Shown here: piece after piece, positions 1-13,204 of the stretch
Position numbering within the stretch: the stretch's first letter is position 1
How the letters are laid out: each line of letters starts with the position of its first letter
Source: Chrysomallon squamiferum
Taxonomy: Eukaryota > Animalia > Mollusca
Assembly: GCA_012295275.1 (NCBI GenBank)
Contig: CM022670.1
Span: 27,962,001-28,026,000, forward strand
Direction of reading: 5' to 3'
Length of the DNA: 64,000 bases
Program-made: the position numbers and the translations under genes
The notes under the pieces: generated by a model
The model's database searches: none
The model's input: only the letters and a program-made list of their open reading frames with translations
Told to the model about the DNA's origin: nothing

Positions 1-25
1 TATACAAACACCTCACAGACACACA

Positions 26-862
26 CACACACATACATTATATACATCTACATATACATGCACATACACAGACACAGACACAGACACACACACACACACA
101 CATTTATATACATCTACATATACATACACATACACAGACACAGACACACACACACACACATACATTATATACATCTACATATACATACACAGACACAGAC
201 ACAGACACACACACACACATACATTATATACATCTACATATACATGCACATACACAGACACAGACACACACACACACATACACCCTCACACATTTTTCTT
301 GCCGAGTCAGATGATATTAGTATTTTCCGTGGCTTTGTTCTCTGTCGTAGTTTGGTATGTGTGTCAAGGTCACTCAGTGAAATTATAACAGTTCACAATT
401 CAAGGCGGATCCGTATCAGGAACTGGAAGTTCATGTAACTGTGATCGGGTATAACTCTCAACAGGAACTGAATTTAATCATAATGGAAAGAAATAATTAT
501 AAAAATAAAAATCAGTCAACAAAATAAAAAATATAAATATTATGTTAAAAAACGGGTAATCAAATCTGCTTATACAGTAAAACGCATTTCTGTTCTATTT
601 CTATTTTTTGTTCATACAATAAACTAAATGTTCAAAACGATAACATCAAAGATGAAAGTTCCCAGTGCCGAGCACCAGTAATAAAGATGAAACTAATACT
701 TTCTTACAGGCTGTTTTATTTTTATTTTATTTTATGTTATTTATTTTTTTATTTTTTTTTTTTTTTTTCTGGTGTTTATTTCGTTTTATGTTACACTGTG
801 AAAACCACACGTACAAGGGTCAAATAAAATTTGTATTGCAGAAAAAAAAATTAATAAAAAAA

Positions 863-918
<56 letters not shown>

Positions 919-1274
919 TGATATTAAAAATTAAAAAAATTAAAGAGAATGAATATAGTTTAAAAAAAAAATAAAAATAAAATAAATATATAAATAAATA
1001 AATATCAGTAAATAATAATCGAAATCGCCCATTTCTAATCTTAAAGCAATAGAATTAGTCATTACTGATTAAAAGAGTACTAAGAAATGATTTAAGTTAT
1101 TATTTAACAGTTTACTAATATTCGTTTTAACACACATTCAGAAATCAGATCATAATCAGAAAAGTAATTAACTTCATATTTCGGCTAGAATATTACTACT
1201 ACTACTACTACTACTACTAGCGATACTACTGATACTACTACTACTACTACTACTACTACTATGACTACTACTGA

Positions 1275-1325
<51 letters not shown>

Positions 1326-1702
1326 CGATACTACTGATACTACTACTACTATTACTACTACTACTACTACTACTACTATTACTTCTGATAATAATAAATA
1401 ACCCACTTCAAGCTAATCGTTCAACTAGTTCACCGTCTCCAGGTAACGTGTAAAAATGAGTAAATGACGGTTTTCAAATATTTTCTAAGTGCTGTAAAGT
1501 GTGGAAACAAATAAAACAATAACTTGAACGTTTGTGAAAAGTTTTTAGTCTTTAATCGAATCATCAAAGACAATATTTAAAAACATAGCCATTCCATCAG
1601 TCTTACAAACCTATTACACTTACGTGTGTGCGCTAAGAACATATACACTGAAAGATGCTCAGACTTGTAAAAGGTTACAGTTTTGTCCTGTTAATACTTT
1701 TG

Positions 1703-1776
<74 letters not shown>

Positions 1777-2337
1777 GTATTAATTTTTTTTATCATCCCG
1801 AAATCTCTTTTATTTAATTATTTAATTATTATTGCTATTGTAACTAACACTGTCATTACTATTATCACCATTATCAACACTATTATTATTATTATTATTA
1901 TTAATTGAGAATGTTTTTATTAGTTTCTAATTTTCTCTCTCTCTCTTTTTCTTAATTCTGTTTTCCATAAAAACACTCATTTAGATATACACTCACATTT
2001 ATCTACACACACATACATTATATACATCTACATATACATGCACATACACAGACACAGACACACACACACACACACACATACACCCTCACACATTTTTCTT
2101 GCCGAGACAAATGATATTACTATTTTCCGTGGCTTTGTTCTCTGTCGTAGTTTGGTATGTGTGTCAAGGTCACTCACTGAAATTATAACAGTTCACAATT
2201 CAAGGCGAATCCGTATCAGGAACTGGAGGTTCATGTAACTGTGATCGGGTATAACTCAGATCATAATCAGAAAAGTAATTAACCGCATAGTTCGACTAGA
2301 ATATTACTACTACTACTACTACTACTGATACTACTGA

Positions 2338-2379
<42 letters not shown>

Positions 2380-2565
2380 CGATACTACTGATACTACTAC
2401 TACTACTACCGATACTACTGCTACTACTACTGCTACTACTACTGCTACTACCGATACTACTGATACTACTGATACTACTACTACTACTACTACTACTGAT
2501 ACTACTACTACTACCGATACTACCGATACTACTACTACTACTACCGATACTACTACTACTACCGA

Positions 2566-2614
<49 letters not shown>

Positions 2615-2701
2615 GCTACTACCCGATACTACCGATACTACCGATACTACCGATACTACTACTACTACTACCGATACTACTACTACTACCGATACCACTG
2701 A

Positions 2702-2734
<33 letters not shown>

Positions 2735-2844
2735 CGATACCCTGATACTACTATTACTACTACTGATGATGATACCACTTCTACTACCGATACTACTGAT
2801 ACTACTGATACCACTACTACTACCGATACCACTGGTACTACTGG

Positions 2845-2880
<36 letters not shown>

Positions 2881-2962
2881 CGATACTACTGATACTACTA
2901 CTACTACTACTACTGATACTACTGATACCACTGATACCACTACTACTACCGATACCCACTGG

Positions 2963-2993
<31 letters not shown>

Positions 2994-3562
2994 GATACCA
3001 CTGATACTACTGATACTACTACTACTACTACTACCGATACTACTGATACTACTGATACTACTACTACTACTACTGATACCACTACTACTGATACTACTAC
3101 TACTACTGATACCGATACTACTACTACTGATACTACTACTACTACTACTACTACTGATACTACTGATACTACTGATACTACTACTACTACCGATACTACT
3201 GGTACTACTACTACTACTACTACTGATACTACTGATACTACTACTACTACTACTACCGATACTACTGATACTACTGATACTACTACTACTACTACTGATA
3301 CTACTACTACTGATACTACTACTACTACTACTACTACTATTACTTCTGAAACTACTGATACCACTGATACTACTACTACTGATACTACTATTACTACTAC
3401 CGATACTACTGATACTACTGATACTACTACTACTGATACCACTGATACTACTACTACTGATACCACTGATACTACTACTACTGATACTACTATTACTACT
3501 ACCGATACTACTGATACTACTGATACTACTATTACTACTACCGATACTACTGATACTACTGA

Positions 3563-3603
<41 letters not shown>

Positions 3604-3933
3604 TTACTTCTGATAATAATAAATAACCCACTTCAAGCTAATCGTTCAATTAGTTCACCGTCTCCAGGTAACGTGTAAAAATGAGTAAATGACGGTTTTC
3701 AAATATTTTATAAGTGCTGTAAAGTGTGGAAACAAATAAAACAATAACTTGAATGTTTGTGAAATGTTTTTAGTCTTTAATCGAATCATCAAAGACAATA
3801 TTTAAAAACATAGCCATTCCATCAGTCTTACAAACCTCTCATTACACTTACGTGTGTGCGCTAAGAACATATACACTGAAAGATGCTCAGATTTGATTTA
3901 TTTTTGCTATTATTACTGTTATCATCATCATCA

Positions 3934-3997
<64 letters not shown>

Positions 3998-4065
3998 ATA
4001 ATAATCGAGAATGTTTTTATTAGTTTCTGCTTTTATCTTTTTTTCAGTTTGTTCTATTTTCCACG
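26..4065. repeat. ~2 kb tandem segmental duplication (copy A ~26-1970, copy B ~2006-4065)
   Basis: Near-identical unique blocks 283-457 = 2083-2257, 1146-1195 ~ 2256-2306, 1378-1663 = 3603-3891, 1907-1928 = 4007-4028. Confidence 0.92.
2302..3612. repeat. (ACT)n microsatellite interrupted by ACTGAT/ACCGAT, ~1.3 kb
   Basis: Direct inspection. The paralogous tract at 1192-1390 is only ~200 bp. Confidence 0.95.
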
Positions 4066-4792
4066 TATTTTAGCTATTTCAAAACACGCGGTTATCTTCG
4101 GAAACCAAAAGCCATATTGCTAAATATATAAATAAAACTTGTACTACACATGTAAACAAAACATCTATCAGTGTATATGTACACGTATGTATTTATCTTT
4201 GCGCGATACAGGATCTTTTTCAGACTTTCACTTGTCATTATGTTTGTTTAAAGGAAAACGCGTGTGTTGAAAAATTAGAAAAAAAAAAAAAAACTTTAGT
4301 TTCGGTTCAGACTTAGTGCTGAAACCGTCAACGTCAGAAGTTTCTCAGAGAGGAAATGGAAAAAAGTATTATAAAAATTATTTTGTTAGAGATAAAAAAG
4401 CAGAAAATATTTCACAACATCTTAACGAGGCTAATGTATTAAAATACAAAAGAACAAAAAAGTAATAATAAAACTGAATAAACTAAAATAATTTTGTTTC
4501 ATTTTTTTTTAATTTTTTTAAATAAAATAGTTTTTTAAGAAATAAATTAAAAAAAGATATTACAGGCAGATGTAGATACAGATGTAAATAGAAAGTTAAT
4601 TCTTGAACCAGACGTCTGTTAAGCTATAAGTAAGAAATGGTCTATTATTTTCAAGGAAAGGACCAAACATTAACATTCAAATAAAATAAAAAGTTATAAT
4701 GAGGTAGTAAGCACATTACGATTAAAACAGTAATTTTACAGAAATGAAAGTGATTCGTACGTTTGGCCAAAACCAGGCCCGCTTTGGTGATG

Positions 4793-4838
<46 letters not shown>

Positions 4839-4873
4839 TATATCTATATGTATGTATCTATGTATATGTATAT

Positions 4874-4905
<32 letters not shown>

Positions 4906-5757
4906 TTTATTATTGCAAAATGTTAAGTTTCAGATAAGTATATACCATTACTCAGTAAAACAGCCGAGATTAAAGAGATGTTTAGGTTAACTAAAGACTG
5001 AAAAACCCTTATTCACAGTTCAGAAATCCGAAACTTTTTATGAGCAGCCGTAAATGCGATATCTTAAAATTTAAAACCCACTAAAAATATTATTAAAAAA
5101 AAAGAAATAACCCTGAAAACTGTTTGTATAGACTTCATATAATATGAAAAACATATACAAAACCCCCCCAAAACAACAATAAATAAAATAAAATAAAATA
5201 AAATAAAATAAAATAAAATAAAATAAAATAAATAAATAAAAATAATAATAATAATAAAAGTGTTTGTTTAGACTTCCATCTTATTTTCAGATTGTTTCAT
5301 CTCGAATCAGTTTGGTCGACGGATCGGAAAGACATTTAAACATATTCTTAGAGACAATCGTAGATATTAACTATTTATCTTTTTCTGAATAAAAAAAAAA
5401 AAAAGAAAAAAAAAGAAAGAAAGAAAAAAGAAAAGAAAAGAAGAAAAAATAAGAGAAAAATTAAAGAAAGAATAAAAAGTCCCAGTTTCTTTCATCTTAG
5501 ATCTAATTTATATTGCACTTACCTGAAAATAAACTTAACAATTTTGATTTAATGATATCTAAAACGTTTTAATTGTACAGAAACTTTTATCTAGGCTGAT
5601 ATGTAATTTCCTGGTTTGAATGATCTCCAAATCCATAAACCTAATCCATAAACCTAATGCGATATGATAATAAAAGTATTACGACTGAGTGTTGACAATT
5701 ATGATAGTAAACACTTTACCCTGTAAGATTCTGATAGTAAATGTCTCATCGTGTACG

Positions 5758-6355
5758 TTTATTACAGTTCATGTATCATGACAGATTACGGTGATGTTAG
5801 TTAATGTGTTTTTATAGTTAATGTAAGTTTATTACAGTTCATGTATCATGACAGATTACGGTGATGTTAGTTAATGTGTTTTTATAGTTAATGTAAGTTT
5901 ATTACAGTTCATGTATCATGACAGATTACGGTGATGTTAGTTAATGTGTTTTTATAGTTAATGTAAGTTTATTACAGTTCATGTATCATGACAGATTACG
6001 GTGATGTTAGTTAATGTGTTTTATAGTTAATGTAAGTTTATTACAGTTCATATCATGACAGATTAATGTTAGTTAATGTTTTTTATTTAATGTAGTTTAT
6101 AGTTCGTGTATCATGACAGATTACGGTGATGTTAGTTAATGTGTTTTTATAGTTAATGTAAGTTTATTACAGTTCCTGTATCATGACAGATTACGGTGAT
6201 GTTAGTTAATGTGTTTTTATAGTTAATGTAAGTTTATTACAGTTCGTGTATCATGACAGAGTACGGTGATGTTAGTTAATGTGTTTTTATAGTTAATGTA
6301 AGTTTATTATAGTTCGTGTATCATGTCAGAATATGTTTACGTCAGCTAATGTGTT
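5758..6355. repeat. 70-bp tandem minisatellite, ~8.5 copies
   Basis: attacagttc recurs at 5761, 5831, 5901, 5971 and onward. Confidence 0.95.
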
Positions 6356-6562
6356 ATATTTTTTGCCATATACGGTTACTACAGTTCAAATATTATGACA
6401 GTATGTGTTTCACATTCAGATGTTTCACATGTAGATTATAAAATATGTGCAGTTATAAGAAGTAGCAAGTATTTTATAATCTGTGTGTTATGATAATAAA
6501 ATTTAATGTATTATTATAGCAAATATTTCACATGCAGAGATTTGATAGCTGATGTGTTATTA

Positions 6563-6827
6563 TAGGGGCGGTCAAACTTTTTAAAACAGGGGCCGGATGA
6601 ATCTTATAGAAGGGCATGAGGGCCAGAATATGAAATGAGAACAAAAAAAGATTTCAAAACGTGTATTTTATGTAAACAGTAAATTCACTTTTGAATAAAA
6701 AAAAAAAAAAAGCTGTGTCAACTGATTTTATTTCAATGACTTTTCTTTTGCTGTCTCGCGGGCCGGATAGGCATGTTAACTGTGAACTGACAATAAACCT
6801 TCCCGAATATGAGTTTGCCCGCCCCTT
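6563..6827. mobile_element. Non-autonomous hAT (Charlie-like) MITE
   Basis: TIRs AGGGGCGGTCAAACT / AGTTTGCCCGCCCCT (14/15 match), degenerate 8-bp TSD tgttatta / tgttagtg, subterminal GGGCCGGA motifs. Confidence 0.8.
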
Positions 6828-7782
6828 TGTTAGTGAAGGTTTTAACATGTTGGTTATAATAGTAAGTGTTTTACAATGTGTGTGTGTGTGTTTTATTTGG
6901 TGGTACAACAATTTCATGTACTTCATGTATAGTTTTGTATTTGTTAGTAGCCTCGAATCTTTCCTAATAATAAAGTAATAAAATAACACATCTTAGAAAA
7001 AACACCGAGACCGCAGTTTTCCAGTATTCCGTGATGTCATATGTAAATAGAAATGATAAACAATAATGAATTATTGTTTCAGTATAAGACTAAAATAAAT
7101 TAGTAATTAATAATTATCTTTAAAGTGATGGCAGCATAAACATTAACTCGATGAACTGTGAGGAAACAAGTCTTAAGTCTTGAGCTAAACGAGTATGACA
7201 TTTAATTACAAATGTTGATATTAAGTTAAATATTCTTGTCTTTTTGATTTCATCACCTGCTGTTAAAGTTTCTTTTTTCTTTTTCTTTTTCTTTTCTTAA
7301 TCTTTGTTTCAAACAGATTATTATTTTTTGATTTCTCACAAGATTGTAATAATTTAACAGGCATGGGAACACTGCAGGACATAAACGTTTTCGTTCGCAT
7401 TTAAATTCTGTTGCAAATGGAAAGACGCACATACACAAACACACACACATGCATTATTACACATCTATATATACATACACACACATACATACATACATAC
7501 ACACACAATTACATACATATATACATACACACATACATACATACATACACACACACATACACACATACATACACACACACATACATTCATACATACATAC
7601 ATACATAATATATACATATATATATACACATATATATATATACATACACACACACACACACATACATACATACATACATACATACAAACATACACTTATA
7701 TACATGTGCACACATTAAACAATAATCACAAATACATATCTACACCTGAAGACTAGGCCATCCATTTACTCGTTACATTCAC

Positions 7783-7937
7783 ATATTCAATTAAATCTAA
7801 AAACTGTTGATATTCAATTCAATCTAAAAACTGTTGATGTTCAATTAATTCTAAAAACTGTTGATATTAAATTCAATCTAAAAACTGTTGATATTAAATT
7901 CAATCTAAAAACTGTTGATATTAAATTCATTCTAAAA
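7783..7937. repeat. 27-bp tandem repeat, ~5.5 copies
   Basis: ctgttga at 7804, 7831, 7858, 7885, 7912. Confidence 0.9.
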
Positions 7938-8008
7938 AGAAAAGGCACGAAGGAAGAGAAAACAGCTGTAGTATCAGGTACAGAACGTATTTTTGTTACT
8001 TCTCTCAC

Positions 8009-8187
8009 CGTGTCACGATAAGAAGAAGATTGCTTACAATGCTGAAGATAAGCTGCACGAAGTGACAGTCTGTTCGTACCAGAAACGTCTGCAAGCTGAG
8101 TTTTTGTGAATAAAACCAAAAATCATACAGCAGTAAAAATGTTGCCAGAACAAGCGTGAATACATAAGCACGCGCATGCTCACTCAT
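8009..8187 (-). CDS. Putative first coding exon of a minus-strand gene (MSEHARAYVFTLVLATFLLLYDFWF...LLLIVT), hydrophobic N-terminus
   Basis: Non-repetitive ATG-initiated frame. Its apparent TGA lies inside a donor-like ACG|gtgaga (phase 2). No downstream exon identified in the window. Confidence 0.35.
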
Positions 8188-9413
8188 GCACGTCTAATGA
8201 ACAGACGACGTTAAAGTAATATAAAACATTTAAAGTACAAAAAAAAAGTATTTTTTTAAAAGTCGAATTTGGTTGCCAGATGCAATATCGATTTTTAGTT
8301 AGTACGATATATTAAGTGTCCGAAATCATTTGATGTAATTTTTGATCGACAGCTGTAGAAGCATTTGGCAGACATCTTTAAAGACATTTTAAAGTTCTGC
8401 ATTTGATAAGCATATAATTACTTATGTTTGTTTCATAATAAATTTAGTAAATTAAAGGAAAATAAAAAGTTAAAAAGAGATTTTTTCTGATTTTTTTCAT
8501 ATTTACCTCCAGATATTTTCGACTCGTGTAGCAATAAAATGTTCTGCTCTGTTATCTTTCTGTGTTATCTAGAATAGTTTATAGGCATCCGTAAAAACGT
8601 TTAAATCAAGTCCTTGCAAAAAACAAATTAAAAAAAAACAAACAAAAAAACAACAACAACAAAAAATATAATCCATTTTCTAATTTGAATTTTTAAATGT
8701 TTTTTATAATAAGATATATTATGTATATATATTTCATAAGAAACCTTGCAGTTATAAAGTTATTGTCATGTATTATTTGAAAAATACATAAATACTTTAT
8801 AAAAGATTAAACACTTTAAAGTTAAAAACAGGAAACCTATGAAATGTTTCAGTGCAAAAAGAGATTCTGAAAAAAGACAGAAATCTGTCAACAGACTTTA
8901 AAAAAATCTTGATAAAGTTTATTCATGACCAAGTATCTTCAACTCGTTTTATCCTATTTATATATTTGAATTTTTTAATTTTTTAAATTATTTTTTAAAT
9001 TTTATTTTATTTTATATTTAATCAAGTATCGCTTTCATTTATGTCTTGAAATAGCTGTCCTGCTGTCAAATGCGGCTTTCAGTTCGCAGACAAAACAAGC
9101 TGCTTCTAAATGTCCTATGTTCTGGTTTTAATTTTTGTTTTTGTTTTGTTTTGGTTGACTTTTTATATTTTTATATTTTTTTATTTGTTATATTGTTTTT
9201 GTAACTTAACCTAGTCTAAAAGTTTTTATCCTACATTTGAGCAAATAACTGTGCTCTGTGTACGATGGTTAAACACAAAGGTTTCATTTTAATTTAACCC
9301 CGAACCTACAATTGCCATAGCTTTTCATTAGAATAGAGGTTAGAATTAAAAAATATGTTTTAAATCTCTCTCTATCTTTTTTTGTATATATCTCGGTGTG
9401 TGTGTATTTGTGT

Positions 9414-9444
<31 letters not shown>

Positions 9445-10155
9445 ATTTATCTCTTTCTCTTTCTTTATTTCTTTCTCGCTTTCACTCTACTTATATGTTT
9501 CTCTCTTTCTATCTCTCTGTCTCTCTATCTCTCTCACTCTCTGTCTTTCTCTCACTGTAACTTCTCTCTCTCAGTTTAATATAAGTATAACCAGATTTGT
9601 TTTCAAAGAAATCTTTGTGATGAGCTTTTCCTGTTTATCAAACAAAATGAAATCTGTAAATAGCACATCAAACTAAAACCTTAAAGTAAATCAAAATAAG
9701 TTTTATAATCATAGCACTTTAATTAGCATTGATTAAAAGAGTCATTCTATAAAGTGAACAATTATTATCTAAGATAACAGGAAGCACCACGTATTAAAAT
9801 AAATTTATTTCTACGATTTATAGTTAACAGTGTCTGTTAAACATCATATTTTACTTTTTAGCCATTTATTATGCAATCTGATATAGGAATAATGAAAGGT
9901 ATGCAGTACAGAAACATGACGAGAACGAAAACGAGACGGGAAGATAAAACGGCGAAGGAGGGATTGATAGATAGTCAGAAAGAGAGAGAAAGACAGAGAG
10001 AGAACGAAAGACAAACAGAGAGTTAGATAGGGACTACGAAGGAAAGAGGTGAGAAAGTGACCATCAGAAAAATTTGATAGCGAGAAAGAAATAGAGAGAT
10101 TAGCAAGTAAAAGATAAAGGTAAAAAAAAAAAAGAGAGGAAATTAGATAATTAGA

Positions 10156-10242
<87 letters not shown>

Positions 10243-10559
10243 ATTGTTAATTTACACAAAACCCACCATAAAAATAGATTATCTATTTAGCGAACAACGT
10301 ACCTTATTGTTAAAGACAAAATCTTAAAATAAATTCTAAATTAATGCACTTCATCCAACCAAGATAATGAACAATAATAAATAAATAATATATATATATA
10401 TAAAGGAAACAATTATTATTATTATTGTTGTTATACAAGAATAAGAAAAATAATAAAAAAAAAAGACAAACCAATACTGTACCAACAACTAAAGAAAAAT
10501 TAGTCAAAATGATTCAATCAGTCAATAAAAATAAATATATAAATGAAATAAAATTAAAA

Positions 10560-10614
<55 letters not shown>

Positions 10615-10779
10615 ATGCAAAAACAAATGTATAAAAAATTAATTCGAATGTTAAGAACAAAAACAACAAATTAATAGTAAATAAATAAATATACACGAAA
10701 CGAGTGAAAATAATTTTAATAATTATAATAATAATAATAATAATAATTATTTTTATTATTATTTTATTATTATTATTAA

Positions 10780-10834
<55 letters not shown>

Positions 10835-10896
10835 GTTATTATTATTATTATTAAATAAAGAAATCAAGGACAAACAACAAGACAGATCTTACTTAC

Positions 10897-11140
10897 AGCA
10901 AAGTCATTTTAACTGTTGTGAGGACTCAGCACGCAGTGTTTCCATCGAGTGAGAGCGAGTGAAGCTGAATGTTTATGTTGCCTCAGACTCCGTTCATTGA
11001 CTCAGTGGCACAGCAGGACTCGGCGGCCCGGCTCTGCAAGTAAGTGGCTCAGTGTGAATGGATGGTGGCTGAGCCAAAAATATCACTGCTCATTTCTCGA
11101 AGACCGTTCAGAAAAGCACAGCACCTGAAGTTTTAATAAT
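10897..11140 (-). promoter_or_regulatory. GC-rich element with ARE/AP-1-like motif cluster and a possible minus-strand first exon ending AAA ATG ACT TTG CT|gtaagt
   Basis: Perfect donor GTAAGT on the minus strand at 10891-10896, ATG at 10905-10907, about seven TGACTCAGCA-like 10-mers. Confidence 0.45.
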
Positions 11141-12371
11141 AACGTCATCAGATACGCTTAAAAGCTTCTTTTTTTTGTTCTTAAAAGTATGGGTGTATGT
11201 TTAGTGTCTATATTTATTCTAAATGTTTATTGTTAGATAAAGAAAAAGGAAGTGTGCATTGATAAATGTGTGTGTGTATGTGTGTATGTGTGTGTATATG
11301 TATGTATGTATATGTATGTATGTGTGTATGTATGTGTATGTGCATGTGTATATATGTATGTATGTCTGTGTCTGCATATTTGTATGTACGTATGTATGTA
11401 TGTATGCATGCATGTTTGTGTGTATATGTGTATATGTGTCTTTGTGTGAACTAGTGTGTGAAAAGGAAAAAAGGAATGGAACAAAATGGAATATAAATAA
11501 ATAATTAGTTTAAATTATTTATAAAATTATATACTTATAATGTGAAAGTATCAACAAAGCACTGGCGTTAACTGAAAATGTTTCACTTTGTCAGTTTCCC
11601 CGGTAGATCTGATTTGATCTTAGATCAACTTTATCTGTTCTCAAATCCGACAAAAAAAAAAAAAAAAAAAACCCATTAAAATAGTTTAACTTAATAATTG
11701 TGTCTAGATCGATATAACGGACATATTCGGAGATAAAGATAGGAAAGCCTGTAAACGTTTAGTGCTTAAAAATATGTACACATTGTCTGCTTTTCTTTAT
11801 CATACAAACAGACACACACATATACACACACACACATCCATACACACACACACACACACATCCACACATACACACACATATGAGCTTCTTTATACACATA
11901 GGTATGCACACACAAACACACGCATGGACTCAAATACCTCAGACGAACATATATATATTTATATATGGCGTACCAGTGAATGACAAGAGTAAAGCGTTGA
12001 TTCTTCACACTTAATTATTTTCTTTCAGTCTTCTGTTACACGCAGGCCATAAATTACCAGCTGTTGTTGTATTTTCTCTGATGTTATCAGTATTATAAAA
12101 CATAAATAGAAACAGTGAAGGATAAACTTGTGACAGGTTGATATTTGGATCGAATCCCAGTTCTGCCTGATTTCAAGTGGTGTCAGATACAATCTCTTCT
12201 CTGTGATAATCTAGTAACGTAAAAACTCAAATGTTTTTGGCCACACTTCTAAGGTTCCCGTTTTAGAGGTTTCCATCACAATGGTTTGTTCTGAATATAT
12301 AAACGTCAGACTAAGAATATATATTTTTTAAATTTTTTTTTTTATTTATTATTGTTATTATTATTATTTTT

Positions 12372-12435
<64 letters not shown>

Positions 12436-13204
12436 TTAGTTGAAAAGGAAAGTAATACCGATATGTTTAAATCTTACAAAGACCATTAACCATTCATTCC
12501 AGGAGAATGTAAATCACATACAAGATGTAGTTTGTGTAACAGTATATACAGTAGTACTATCACTGGAGGCTGTTGGTAGTTGTAGTAGTAGGTGTAGTAT
12601 TAGGAGCAGTGGTAGTAGCAGTAGTAATATCAATGATGCTGTGGCACCGCACGCCATAAGGACCCGACGTCAGCATCATAACGTCCCTCTTACCTCTGTG
12701 AAACCAATAGATCAGGGTAGTCGATGTTTCTACAGAGCCATAAACAACCATACGCCACAAATACCGCTAGAGATGTGGATGGAACATTCAGTTGACTTCA
12801 GAGCTGACACAGTCAGATATGCTGCGATCAAAAATGTCGATAAATTTATATGAGGATCTGGACAATATAATTGACACAATGAATATTCTATTTTGAAGTG
12901 ATGTTTATTCCTGCCTTCCTTTTTATATTTCTAATTCTATGGTGCAGCAACCTCAGTTAGGTTAATGATAATGTATACAAAATAGAATTTATAAACCCCA
13001 ATTCATTATAAGTCATCGTGGCCCTAAATTGAACCTTTGTCGATATTTTTTAATTGGTCCAAAACACTTGGAGTTTATACGTTAAACCTTTTATTTACTT
13101 TACATCTATCATCTACGACTAGACTGATCTTCGTTGATTCCATCTGGACTGAGCTATGAAGGTCAGAAGTTAGAGAGTTAAGTGTAAGTACACTTCCCCT
13201 AACA

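Noticed and set aside
2279-3631. Long ORFs (450 aa Val/Ser-rich on minus; 286 aa Thr/Asp-rich, mucin-like on plus)
   Set aside because: They are translations of an (ACT)n microsatellite that shifts frame internally. The duplicate copy is six times shorter and there is no splice or domain support.
5758-6355. Regular repeats here and at 31100-31555 resembling a CRISPR array
   Set aside because: Head-to-tail units with no unique spacers, no cas genes, eukaryotic context.
7253-7450. Possible minus-strand exon (acceptor near 7408, donor near 7256)
   Set aside because: The only open frame is low-complexity with no recognisable protein. Evidence too weak.
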